A stretch of 32,000 nt of DNA. Source: Pirellula staleyi DSM 6068 (lineage in GTDB: Bacteria; Planctomycetota; Planctomycetia; Pirellulales; Pirellulaceae). Under the pieces are notes generated by a model. That model was given only the letters and a program-made list of their open reading frames with translations. It was not told the DNA's origin and ran no database searches. Each line of letters opens with the position of its first letter. The stretch's first letter is position 1. A program made the translations under genes and the position numbers. The stretch spans positions 3,840,001 through 3,872,000 of the forward strand of contig CP001848.1 in assembly GCA_000025185.1 (NCBI GenBank), read 5' to 3'. This document shows positions 17,375-26,411 of the stretch, in pieces.

Positions 17375-18610
17375 ATGGAAAAGGTACATATCCTCGGCAT
17401 CGGTGATGACGGACTCGAAGGACTCACGCAACTGGCACGGCAAAAAGTGCTCGAAGCCGAGCTGCTGCTGGGTACTCGCGCGCTGCTCGACGCCGCCGCA
17501 AGTGCCACTGGTACGAAATTCGAGATCGCCGGGGATCTCGAGGCCGTGGTGAAGAAACTGACCGATGCCCACGACAAAAAAGTGGTGATCTTGGCCAGCG
17601 GCGATCCGCTTTTCTACGGCACCGCACGATTCCTGTGCGAAAAGCTGGGGAAAGAGCGGTTTGAGGTGATTCCGCACGTCAGCAGCATGCAGCTGGCGTT
17701 TGCTCGCGTGAAGGAGAGTTGGGACGACGCCTATCTTGCGAGTCTATCGTCGCAGCCTGTCGAGCGTGTGGTCGAGAAAACTCGCACCGCAACCACCGTC
17801 GGGCTCTTCACGACCGAACAAGTGCCCCCCCGCGCCGTAGCAACAGCCTTGCTGGATCGCAAAATCGATTACTTCACAGCCTATGTCTGCGAGAACCTCG
17901 GCTCGCCCGACGAGTGCGTGACCCAAGGGGAACTCGCCGAAGTTGCGGAAACGAACTTCTCCCCTCTGAACGTGATGATCCTGGTCCGCAAGCCCGATCC
18001 ACCCGATCGCCCTCAAACGATGGTCGGAAAGAAGCTGTTCGGTAACCCCGATGAAGCCTTTTTGCAGAGTCAGCCGAAGCGTGGTTTGCTAACTCCCGCT
18101 GAAGTCCGTTCGATCGCGCTGGCCGAGATGGATATCGGTCCTGCCAGCGTGATTTGGGATGTGGGAGCGGGGAGCGGAAGCGTGGCGATCGAAGCGGCTC
18201 AATTGGCCTCGAGCGGCAGTTCCTACGCCATTGAAATGGACCCCGAAGATTTTGGGCTGATTGGCAGCAACGCCGAGCGATTTGCTGTGACCAACCTTGT
18301 CCCGGTGCTTGGCAAAGCTCCCGAGGCTTGGCAGGGGCTCCCTGCTCCGGACGCCATTTTCGTGGGTGGCACAGGTCGGCAAGTGAGCGGCATTGTCGAG
18401 CAGGCCTTCGACCAATTGAAGCGGGGAGGTCGGCTCGTCGCCAATGTGGGAAGTATCGAAAACCTGGCCGCTGTGCGTGGGGTATTAGTAGCGAAGCGGG
18501 CTGAAGTCTCGGTGCTGATGGTCAACCTGGCACGTGGCACCGACCAGATGGAAACGATGCGTCTGGAGTCGCTGAATCCCACGTTTTTGATCTCGGCCCG
18601 TAAATCGTAA
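17375..18610 (+). CDS. cobL: Bifunctional precorrin-6Y / cobalt-precorrin C5,15-methyltransferase (decarboxylating), CbiE-CbiT fusion
   Basis: N-terminal tetrapyrrole-methylase half (VHILGIGDDGLEGLT, ILASGDPLFYG). C-terminal SAM-methyltransferase half (VIWDVGAGSGSVAIEAA, IFVGGTG). Start chosen at ATG 17375 (MEKVHILG) rather than the ORF-track 17318. Confidence 0.85.
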   Translation: MEKVHILGIGDDGLEGLTQLARQKVLEAELLLGTRALLDAAASATGTKFEIAGDLEAVVKKLTDAHDKKVVILASGDPLFYGTARFLCEKLGKERFEVIPHVSSMQLAFARVKESWDDAYLASLSSQPVERVVEKTRTATTVGLFTTEQVPPRAVATALLDRKIDYFTAYVCENLGSPDECVTQGELAEVAETNFSPLNVMILVRKPDPPDRPQTMVGKKLFGNPDEAFLQSQPKRGLLTPAEVRSIALAEMDIGPASVIWDVGAGSGSVAIEAAQLASSGSSYAIEMDPEDFGLIGSNAERFAVTNLVPVLGKAPEAWQGLPAPDAIFVGGTGRQVSGIVEQAFDQLKRGGRLVANVGSIENLAAVRGVLVAKRAEVSVLMVNLARGTDQMETMRLESLNPTFLISARKS

Positions 18611-18649
18611 GCTCTGGCCCAGCGTCCTTGCCCATTCGACATTTCACCA

Positions 18650-19573
18650 ATGCTTGGAGTCTCTCCCATGCTCCGCCTCGTTTGTCGCACGATGGTTTGT
18701 TCAGCGCTGATGGTCGCTCTGCTACTGAGCGCCAGCAGTTGTGCCCGCGCACAAGGGGCGAAGCAGCCAGAGGTTCCCGATGGTGTGACCTACGAGCCGG
18801 GAGTGACCTACTGCAAAGTTGGCGACATCGAACTGAAGCTCGATCTCGCGCGACCGACCAAAGTGATCGAGCCCCGTCCCTGCATCCTGATGATTCATGG
18901 TGGAGGCTGGCGCGGAGGCGACCGGAGTGCACACAGCGATGCCACGGTGAAACTGGCCGATCAAGGTTATGTGGCAGCCACGGTGTCTTACCGTTTCGCG
19001 CAAGTGGCACCTTTCCCGGCCCAGGTGGAAGATGTGAAAGCAGCGATTCGCTTCCTGCGCGCTAATGCCACAAAGTATGGCCTCGATCCTAATAAGATTG
19101 GTGCTGTCGGTTTCTCGGCCGGCGCTCACCTCTCGATGCTGCTGGGAACGATGGACAAAGAAGATGGCCTCGAAGGCAACGGCGGCAACCTCGATCAGTC
19201 GAGCAAAGTGCAGGCGGTTGTCGCCTTTTTTGGCCCCACCGACCTCGCTGCTGACGACTACCCCGAAGCGGTTGTGTTCATGATCGACGATCTGGTGGGA
19301 GCCAAAGGTGCCGATGGCTTGGCAATGAAAAAGAAGGCTTCCCCCATCACCTACGTGAGCAAAGGGGATGCTCCGACGCTGATCTTCCACGGCACCAAAG
19401 ATCGCCTTGTTCCTTGGAATCAAGCGACCAAAATGGCCGACGCGCTCGACAAGCACGGCGTCCCTGGCCGCGTGGAACTGCTCGTCGGCGCCGATCACGG
19501 CTGGGGCGGTATCGAAATCATCCGCACCCTCGAACAAACCATGAAATTCTTCGACGAGCATTTGAAGAAGTAG
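18650..19573 (+). CDS. Secreted alpha/beta hydrolase (esterase/lipase-like)
   Basis: Signal peptide MVCSALMVALLLSASSCARAQG. Oxyanion motif MIHGGGW, nucleophile elbow GFSAGAH, and C-terminal HGTKDRLVP and GADHGW that fit an Asp/His triad. Confidence 0.85.
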   Translation: MLGVSPMLRLVCRTMVCSALMVALLLSASSCARAQGAKQPEVPDGVTYEPGVTYCKVGDIELKLDLARPTKVIEPRPCILMIHGGGWRGGDRSAHSDATVKLADQGYVAATVSYRFAQVAPFPAQVEDVKAAIRFLRANATKYGLDPNKIGAVGFSAGAHLSMLLGTMDKEDGLEGNGGNLDQSSKVQAVVAFFGPTDLAADDYPEAVVFMIDDLVGAKGADGLAMKKKASPITYVSKGDAPTLIFHGTKDRLVPWNQATKMADALDKHGVPGRVELLVGADHGWGGIEIIRTLEQTMKFFDEHLKK

Positions 19574-19692
19574 CGTGGGCTTTCGTTGAGTTGAGCCAGT
19601 GGCTGGAGCGACGCCGAACTCCGGATGGTTCCAGATATAATTACTGCTGGAGTTTACTTGGACAGCGTGTAGCTTCATTCATTTAGTTGCGT

Positions 19693-20478
19693 CTATTCCG
19701 ACCAGCCGACACCGTTGTCGCCAAGCCCAATCAATTCACGCCAGCGACACTCGATCATGGCGGTGTACTCGTGTCCGCGTACGCCGTAATTGCCTAGGGC
19801 GAATCCGTCGTTCACTTCGACAAGAATCGTTTTTCCCTTGTCGGTGATTCCCCAGTCCATCGCGCAGCCAATGGGACGATCGCAAAACGACTGAACGGCG
19901 CGACGCACGACGGAAGTATCGGGAAAGATGAGCGGATCACCCTTGTAATGAGCTACGTTGAGAACCTTGTCGCGCAAGATAGTTGCGCGCCATTCGCTGA
20001 GGAAAGATACTGCTTCCTGCAAGATTACGGGTTCGCTATCGTCGACGCCTGACATCCCAGCCAAGTCCGTAGAGCTTTCAACGAGAACTCCTTTGAACAG
20101 CTTCTGTCGATCTCGCGGTTTTACATGTAGCGGTAGTCGCTCTGGTGAATCCCGGCACAATTCGCGCACGTCGCCCATCGTTGCATCCGAGATTGTGCGC
20201 CCGAAGAAATCGGCGAGGCTCGGCGGGAAATCCAGATTTGCCGGGCGTGGAATTCCCATTCGCTTCAGCGCATCGTGGACAACAGCAACAGCGCCGTAAA
20301 CGATCGTGTTCTCACGGTCTTCGATCAGATACTCGTCGAGACTGCCGTCGAGTAGTTCCGTGCGATGAAACGGAATCACATCGTACCCGCGCTCCCAAAA
20401 CCAATAATTCACCTGTATCGATTGGCAGTAGCGAGGCTCGCCCATTTTGGCGACAAGACTGAGAACTTTCATGGCCAT
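19693..20478 (-). CDS. Small stand-alone ATP-grasp protein (R2K-clade / DUF4343-like)
   Basis: Motifs in ATP-grasp order: LHVKPRDRQKLFKGVLV, SEWRATILRDKVLNVAHYKG, TILVEVNDGFALGNYG (E-x-N). 261 aa with no signal peptide. Assignment to the R2K clade is from memory of the motif pattern. Confidence 0.6.
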   Translation of the reverse strand: MAMKVLSLVAKMGEPRYCQSIQVNYWFWERGYDVIPFHRTELLDGSLDEYLIEDRENTIVYGAVAVVHDALKRMGIPRPANLDFPPSLADFFGRTISDATMGDVRELCRDSPERLPLHVKPRDRQKLFKGVLVESSTDLAGMSGVDDSEPVILQEAVSFLSEWRATILRDKVLNVAHYKGDPLIFPDTSVVRRAVQSFCDRPIGCAMDWGITDKGKTILVEVNDGFALGNYGVRGHEYTAMIECRWRELIGLGDNGVGWSE

Positions 20479-20604
20479 GCGCCAGGTGATTGGAGAAGGT
20501 CAAACGCGACTTCGGTGCTGGCGAGCAACGATCGGCGGAACGAGATGCCGAATATAGTGGTGCCAACAGCGACAGATGATAGCGCAGAAAGGTTCGGCTA
20601 GAAA

Positions 20605-21504
20605 CTACCCAAACCGGCCGGTCACGTAGGCTTCGGTTTCTTTGAGCTTGGGGCGGGTGAAGATTTCAGCGGTGGGGCCGTATTCGATGAGGCGGCCGAG
20701 GTACATGAATGCGGTGAAGTCGCTCACGCGGCTCGCCTGCTGCATGTTGTGGGTGACGATCAGCACCGAGTAGTCGCCGCGCAGCTCTTGCACCAGATCT
20801 TCGATCTTGCCGGTGGCGATGGGGTCGAGAGCCGAGCAAGGTTCGTCGAGCAGCAGCACGTCGGGCTCGCCAGCAATAGCGCGGGCCAGACAGAGCCGCT
20901 GCTGCTGTCCCCCCGAGAGTCCCAAGGCCGACTCGTGAAGGCGGTTTTTCACGTCGTCCCACAAAGCAGCGCCACGTAGTGCTTGCTCGCAGACCGCTTG
21001 AATCACACGTCGATCTCGTTCGCCATCGATCCGAAGGGGATAAATCACGTTCTCGAAAATGCTCATCGGGAACGGATTAGGCTTTTGAAACACCATCCCC
21101 ATTTTTTTTCGCAGTTCGATCACATCGACCCCTGGGCCGTAGATCGAATCGCGGTTGAGAAGCATCTCGCCGTCGATTTTCACAGTTTCGATCAGATCGT
21201 TCATGCGGTTCACGCAGCGCAGCAGCGTGCTTTTTCCGCATCCCGAGGGACCAATAATCGCCGTCACTTTGCCACGAGGAATCGGCATGGTGACGTTAAA
21301 CAGGGCCTGCTTCTGACCATACCAGAGGTTGAAATTCTGGATGTCGAGCACCTTATCTTCCGCGTACACCGACTTATGGATCACTGAATCGACGTGGTGC
21401 CCACGGTTGATGGCATCCAGTCGGCTGATCGATTCGGGTTTGGCATTCACGCCAGTTGGCTCGGGCATAGCGGAGTCTGTCGGTGAAGGCGTCGGGGAAG
21501 TCAT
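20605..21504 (-). CDS. pstB: Phosphate ABC transporter ATP-binding protein PstB
   Basis: [10 protein letters not shown], Walker [74 protein letters not shown]-terminal YVTGRFG. An N-terminal extension of about 45 aa makes the true start uncertain. Confidence 0.9.
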   Translation of the reverse strand: MTSPTPSPTDSAMPEPTGVNAKPESISRLDAINRGHHVDSVIHKSVYAEDKVLDIQNFNLWYGQKQALFNVTMPIPRGKVTAIIGPSGCGKSTLLRCVNRMNDLIETVKIDGEMLLNRDSIYGPGVDVIELRKKMGMVFQKPNPFPMSIFENVIYPLRIDGERDRRVIQAVCEQALRGAALWDDVKNRLHESALGLSGGQQQRLCLARAIAGEPDVLLLDEPCSALDPIATGKIEDLVQELRGDYSVLIVTHNMQQASRVSDFTAFMYLGRLIEYGPTAEIFTRPKLKETEAYVTGRFG

Positions 21505-21757
21505 CTCATGGAAGCGCCGGAACTATTTTGCAGGTGAGCACTTCCGGCTTCACAAATCGTAAACCGCACCGGCCAACCATGCGAGCGGGCTGGTGGTGAA
21601 GAATTGGGGAAGAACCGCACCGCCTCGAACCGAATCAGAGCCATTCTCATCGCAGAAATTGGACGAATTTTCCTTGTCGCTAGAGATTACGGTTGCTCTC
21701 TGCTATATTCGAACCCCGTTGTGGTAGTTTCTCCGCCTTTCCCGTAGGATCCTTGCG

Positions 21758-22690
21758 ATGCTTCGCGATTTCTCATCCGCTGCGGTTTCACGCCGTTCGT
21801 TCCTCGCTCAAACCGCTGCCGCTGCAGCACTTTCGGCTGCGGTCCCTTCGCTCCTGCGTGGCGAAGACAAAGTGGCGTCGAAAGAACCTCTCTACAAAAT
21901 CTCGCTCGCTGAGTGGTCGCTTCACAAGACGATCTTCGGCAAGAAGCTCGATAACCTCGATTTCGCCAAGACAGCCAAAGAAGAATTCGGCATCGACGCC
22001 ATCGAATACGTCAACCAGTTCTTTAAGGATAAGGCCAAGGACGAAAAATACCTCGCCGACCTGAAGAAGCGTGCGGATGATCTCGGCGTCAAGACACTCC
22101 TGATCATGTGCGACGGCGAAGGTGATCTCGGCAACCCCGATGATGCCAAGCGAACCCAAGCGGTCGAAAACCACTACAAGTGGGTCGAAGCCTCGAAGTA
22201 CCTTGGTGGGCACTCGATTCGCGTGAATGCCAAGTCGGCCGGTACTTTTGAAGAGCAGACCAAACTCGCCGCCGATGGCCTCCGCCGCCTGAGCGAATTC
22301 GCCGCTAAGCTCGAAATGAACGTGATCGTCGAAAACCACGGCGGACTCTCGAGCAACGGCAAATGGCTCGCCGGTGTGATGAAGCTGGTGAACCTCCCCA
22401 ACTGCGGCACGCTCCCCGACTTCGGTAACTTCCACGACTACGACCGCTATCTCGGTGTGGAGGAAACGATGCCTTTCGCCAAGGCTGTTTCGGCCAAGAG
22501 CCACGACTTCGATGAGATGGGGAACGAAACCCGCACCGATTACAAGAAGATGATGAAAATCGTCCTCGCCCACGGCTATCACGGCTATTGCGGCATCGAA
22601 TACGAGGGTGGCAAGCTGAGCGAAGCTGAAGGGATCATGGCCACCAAGAAACTGCTCGAACGCGTTCGCGACGAACTGGCCGCTGGCTAG
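21758..22690 (+). CDS. Tat-signal sugar phosphate isomerase/epimerase-like (xylose isomerase-like TIM barrel) protein
   Basis: Twin-arginine leader [24 protein letters not shown]-barrel family pattern ([46 protein letters not shown]). Confidence 0.8.
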   Translation: MLRDFSSAAVSRRSFLAQTAAAAALSAAVPSLLRGEDKVASKEPLYKISLAEWSLHKTIFGKKLDNLDFAKTAKEEFGIDAIEYVNQFFKDKAKDEKYLADLKKRADDLGVKTLLIMCDGEGDLGNPDDAKRTQAVENHYKWVEASKYLGGHSIRVNAKSAGTFEEQTKLAADGLRRLSEFAAKLEMNVIVENHGGLSSNGKWLAGVMKLVNLPNCGTLPDFGNFHDYDRYLGVEETMPFAKAVSAKSHDFDEMGNETRTDYKKMMKIVLAHGYHGYCGIEYEGGKLSEAEGIMATKKLLERVRDELAAG

Positions 22691-22748
22691 TTGGCAGCCC
22701 TGTTTCTGGCGAGATTCCGCAAGAGATAACGCCGTTTTGAAAAATCAG

Positions 22749-22798
22749 CCGGGCGAGAGATGAGCTATCCCAAAAAGCCGTCACTCGCCCGGTTTTTT
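22749..22798. terminator. Candidate bidirectional terminator between convergent genes
   Basis: CCGGGCGAG (22749-22757) pairs with CTCGCCCGG (22784-22792) and is followed by TTTTTT (22793-22798). On the minus strand the stem is followed by CTGATTTTT. The 26-nt loop lowers confidence. Confidence 0.45.
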
Positions 22799-22847
22799 CG
22801 TTCCTACAAGCGGATGCAGCTTCGCAGGGGTGATGTGCGATGCCGCG

Positions 22848-23267
22848 TTACTCATCACGGCCGCCGCTGCGGCCTCGTTTGATATCCGAGCGGGCTTTCT
22901 TTTCCTTCAGCCGACGGACTTGCGATCCACGTGTCGGTTTTGTTGCGCGACGTTTGCGGGGAGGCGTCAGGACGGCCAGCAGCATCTCTTTGAGCTTCTG
23001 CTCACATGCTTCGGCGTTACGCGGCTGATCGCGATGCTCTTGGCTATGAATCACCACTTGGCCTTCGGTTGTCAGCCGACTTTTGAACGTCGTTAAGAAT
23101 CGCTGCTTCACGTCGTCGGGAATGCTCGGAGACGCAGTGACATCGAAGTGCATCGTCGCTTTGCTACTCACCTTGTTCACGTTTTGCCCACCGGGTCCAC
23201 CGGCACGCGAGTAGGTGAAATGGAGTTCAGCGTCGGGAATGGTGATCTTGCTGCTAACGGAAATCAT
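22848..23267 (-). CDS. arfB: Alternative ribosome-rescue factor ArfB (peptidyl-tRNA hydrolase, YaeJ family)
   Basis: 139 aa counted from ATG 23267: MISVSSKITIPDAELHFTYSRAGGPGGQNVNKVSSKA with a GGQ motif and a basic C-terminal tail (RKRRATKPTRGSQVRRLKEKKARSDIKRGR). The upstream part of the 241-aa ORF is rejected. Confidence 0.85.
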   Translation of the reverse strand: MISVSSKITIPDAELHFTYSRAGGPGGQNVNKVSSKATMHFDVTASPSIPDDVKQRFLTTFKSRLTTEGQVVIHSQEHRDQPRNAEACEQKLKEMLLAVLTPPRKRRATKPTRGSQVRRLKEKKARSDIKRGRSGGRDE

Positions 23268-23398
23268 GCGACATGCCAAACAAGGGGAGAGTAGCGACGG
23301 CCCATCGGCTATCGTATGGTACGCTCTGCGCCCCTGTTTGTGCGACGCGAATCTCGATGAACTTTCCTCCCTCGACGACCCCGCGAGAGACACTTCCC

Positions 23399-24886
23399 AT
23401 GCACTTTTTCGATACGCGTCTGATCGCCTCGCTGCTGCTCGCCACCTGTCTGCTGCCGTGCATTTCGTGCGCAGGAGCCGCCGAAATTGTCGAGGACGAG
23501 CAGAGCCAGCCCGCAGTTGCGGCTGCTCAGGATCCAGCAGCGGCGTCTGTGGAAGCGAAAGATCGCGGGTCACTCTGGACGCGTAAAGTGGGGCAGGATT
23601 GGCCGAAATTTCTTGGCGCCACGGGGGACAGTAAATCGAGCGAACAGGGGATCCTCACCAAGTGGCCCGCCTCCGGTCCCAAAATTCTGTGGAGCACCAA
23701 GCTGGGAGAAGGCTACGGAATGTGCACCGTTGCTGCCGGTCGCCTCTATCAATTCGATCGATTTGGCGACGAAGCTTCCGTCTATTGTTTGGAGGCCGAG
23801 ACCGGCAAACCGATCTGGAAATATAGTTACCCCACCGACTACCTCGACCTCTACGGCTACAACAACGGTCCGCGCTGTTCACCGATTGTCGACGGCGATC
23901 GGGTCTATGCCTTCGGCGTCGATGGAATGCTCCTTTGTCTCGATGCGATCGACGGCACGCTGAAGTGGAAGCTCAACACCAACGAGAAGTTTGGCGTGGT
24001 TCAAAATTTCTTTGGAGTCGGGAGTTGCCCCGTCATCCATGGGAATCTGCTGATTGCGATGATCGGCGGCAGCCCCGAAGATTCGAAACTGGCCGCTCCT
24101 GGCCAACTCGATCGGGTCGTCGGCAATGGAAGCGGCATTGTCGCTTTCGATAAGCTGACGGGCGAAGTGAAGTACAAGATCACCGACGAACTGGCGAGCT
24201 ATGCTTCGCTGCAGCTGGCCAAAATCGATGGTCGCGATTGGTGTTTTGCGTTCTGTCGAAGCGGTCTCGTCGGGTTTGAACCTACTCAGGGAAAAGTCGA
24301 TTTTGAGTTTCCTTGGCGCGCTACGATTCTCGAAAGTGTGAACGCGAGTTCGCCAGTGGTGGTCGGCAATCAAGTCCTTATTTCCGAGTGCTACGGACCT
24401 GGTAGCGCGATGCTCAGCGTGAAGCCGGGGGGATTCGAAGTGGCGTGGCAAGATAACGCTCGCACACGTCAAAAATCACTGCAGACCCACTGGAACACCC
24501 CGGTGGTTCACGAGGGATTTGCCTACGCCTGTAGCGGCCGACATAGCGAAAACGCCGAGCTCCGCTGCATCGACTGGAAGACTGGCAAAGTGCAGTGGAG
24601 CGAGCGTGGACTCGATCGCTCGAGTCTGCTTTATGTCGATGGCCACTTCGTTTATCTCGGCGAATATGGCGATCTCAAGCTGATCAAAGCAAACCCCGCG
24701 AAATTCGACGTCGTTTCGGAGTGCCGTTTAGAAGTGCAGCTCGATCCGCAAGATACGGCGTCGACGCGCCCGCTGCTGAACTATCCCTGCTGGGCCGCGC
24801 CGATCTTGTCGCATGGTCTGCTGTATGTCCGCGGAGACGATCAGCTGATCTGCCTCGAACTGATTCCCGAAGCGGCTGCCAAGTAA
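23399..24886 (+). CDS. PQQ-like (BamB-like) beta-propeller repeat protein, exported
   Basis: Signal/lipoprotein-like N-terminus LIASLLLATCLLPCISCAGA. Recurrent propeller-blade motifs: TGKPIWKYSY, GTLKWKLNT, TGEVKYKITD, GKVDFEFPW, TGKVQWSERG. ATG 23357 is an alternative start; the ORF-track start 23273 is unlikely. Confidence 0.75.
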   Translation: MHFFDTRLIASLLLATCLLPCISCAGAAEIVEDEQSQPAVAAAQDPAAASVEAKDRGSLWTRKVGQDWPKFLGATGDSKSSEQGILTKWPASGPKILWSTKLGEGYGMCTVAAGRLYQFDRFGDEASVYCLEAETGKPIWKYSYPTDYLDLYGYNNGPRCSPIVDGDRVYAFGVDGMLLCLDAIDGTLKWKLNTNEKFGVVQNFFGVGSCPVIHGNLLIAMIGGSPEDSKLAAPGQLDRVVGNGSGIVAFDKLTGEVKYKITDELASYASLQLAKIDGRDWCFAFCRSGLVGFEPTQGKVDFEFPWRATILESVNASSPVVVGNQVLISECYGPGSAMLSVKPGGFEVAWQDNARTRQKSLQTHWNTPVVHEGFAYACSGRHSENAELRCIDWKTGKVQWSERGLDRSSLLYVDGHFVYLGEYGDLKLIKANPAKFDVVSECRLEVQLDPQDTASTRPLLNYPCWAAPILSHGLLYVRGDDQLICLELIPEAAAK

Positions 24887-24962
24887 TACACGCTGTGATT
24901 TCGTGGACTCAGGCAAGATTGCCAGCGCTTGGTCAAGCGAGCTGCAGTTAGCGACGCACGCT

Positions 24963-25793
24963 CTAAACTTCGGCAGGCGTGGTCCAGCTGTCGAACGAAC
25001 TGCGTGACTGCGCGATGAGTTCCTGGTAGTCGGCGCGCTCGATCTCTTCCCCCATGAGTTCCACCTCGAAGAACCCGTCGTAGCCCGCGCGCATCAGTTG
25101 TCCGACAAACGCCGCGAGTGGCAGAACGCCGCAACCCAGAGGCGTGCGATTGGGCTCCATGGAAGGGAGTTGTCGAGCATCGCTTAGCTGCACCAGCGCC
25201 AGGTGCGCTGTCAGGTGCGGAATCTCGGCGAGCAAGTCGGCTTGATGCCCCCAGTGATAGGTGTCGAGCACCAGCTTAAGGGCCGCAGACGAAAATTCTT
25301 TAATCAGAGTGCGAGTTTCCTCGAGCGTGTGGAGGAAGGTCCACTCGCTGCCAGCGGCGCGGCACATCGGCTCAATCGCCAGGGCCACCCCATGCTCTTC
25401 AGCTTGGGGCAACAATTTTTCGAGCGCCATGCGGAGCAAGCGTCGCGCATGGTTTTGGGTGTGCACCCCTCGTGCGCCACTATGGAGCACCAGGCAAGGA
25501 GCTTTCAGCTGCGCGGCGAGATGAATTGCCTGACATGCGTCGGCCACACTCTCTTGATGCGAACGTCCTTCGCTCCCGGTGAAACCACCAGCCCACGAGA
25601 GGCTGGAAACCGCGAGACCCGATTCGGCGATCAGTTCCACACCACGTTCTTCGCCAAAGTCGGAGAGCTTCTGCCGCCAGATGCCGATCGCGGGGACTTG
25701 GGCTTCCGCGTAGCGATGCACATCTTCTTCAAACGACCAGCGGTAGGTCGTCAGCTCGTTCACAGCCAACTTGGCCATCCGTGAATTCTCCAT
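24963..25793 (-). CDS. Sugar phosphate isomerase/epimerase-like TIM-barrel protein (cytoplasmic)
   Basis: Family pattern LAVNELTTY, PAIGIWR, CLVLHSG, ALAIEPM, LVLDTYHW, HLALVQLSD, FEVELMGEE. No signal peptide. Confidence 0.75.
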   Translation of the reverse strand: MENSRMAKLAVNELTTYRWSFEEDVHRYAEAQVPAIGIWRQKLSDFGEERGVELIAESGLAVSSLSWAGGFTGSEGRSHQESVADACQAIHLAAQLKAPCLVLHSGARGVHTQNHARRLLRMALEKLLPQAEEHGVALAIEPMCRAAGSEWTFLHTLEETRTLIKEFSSAALKLVLDTYHWGHQADLLAEIPHLTAHLALVQLSDARQLPSMEPNRTPLGCGVLPLAAFVGQLMRAGYDGFFEVELMGEEIERADYQELIAQSRSSFDSWTTPAEV

Positions 25794-26411
25794 GTCACTG
25801 CTCGTTGCAGATCAGGCTGGCTGAAGGTCGCTAGAAGATCTACACCGGCCACAGGAATCGAAATTCGAACGATGCCCGCTCATAAAAAACTGGCAATCGC
25901 ACCTCCCTGTTGCGCCCTGCGGAGCAAAGCCGTCGCTGGTGATGCCGACGGGGCTCTCCGAAGGGAGGGCTAGTATGGAGAAGAATCGGCGCGATGTAAA
26001 GGAACAGAAATGAAGGAAAGTCGCCCGAGAACCAATCAGCCGACTTTGATTGCATCCTTGCTAGGCAATCCCCTTCGTCAGTTTTGGGGCGGAGGATGCT
26101 CCCTACGGATCATTCCGGCCACTGGGTGGGGTATCGAGCGCGTACCCCGCGACATTCGAAGGTGAACCTGCTATGTTTTGTAGCAACATCCGCTAGGTCG
26201 CTAGGCAGTTGGTTCCAGGAGAACCGGCACTATCGAACTTTGCCTCAAGGAAGTGGGCCGAATTTCGCGAGGATTTCGCTCCTCTCGCTAATTCCTTCGG
26301 AAAAACAGATGCTATCGGCATACCGATTGCATACTCGCGTGCAACGTGAAACAAGGCGGCCGGGGACTCATCCCCTGGCAGGTAGCATCTTCTCCGGGAG
26401 TTTCCAAGGTA

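Noticed and set aside
23268-23573. An N-terminal 102-codon extension of the arfB ORF (the 241-aa ORF), and the 23273 start of the beta-propeller ORF.
   Set aside because: ArfB homologs are about 140 aa and begin at the MISVSSK-type N-terminus. The extension is Arg/Ala/Ser-rich and overlaps the divergent gene. The propeller protein's signal peptide only begins at the Met encoded at 23399 (or 23357).
25794-26411. A sigma-54 promoter, a glutamine (glnA-type) riboswitch, or real genes (ORFs 25840-26055 minus, 26084-26425 plus) upstream of glnB.
   Set aside because: TGGCA-containing sites (about 25888 and about 26225) lack a TTGC at the required GG-N10-GC spacing. There is no ACGGAAG-type glutamine-riboswitch core. 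The ORF translations are Arg/Ser/His/Pro-rich with no start context or motifs, and one of them runs into the true glnB start.
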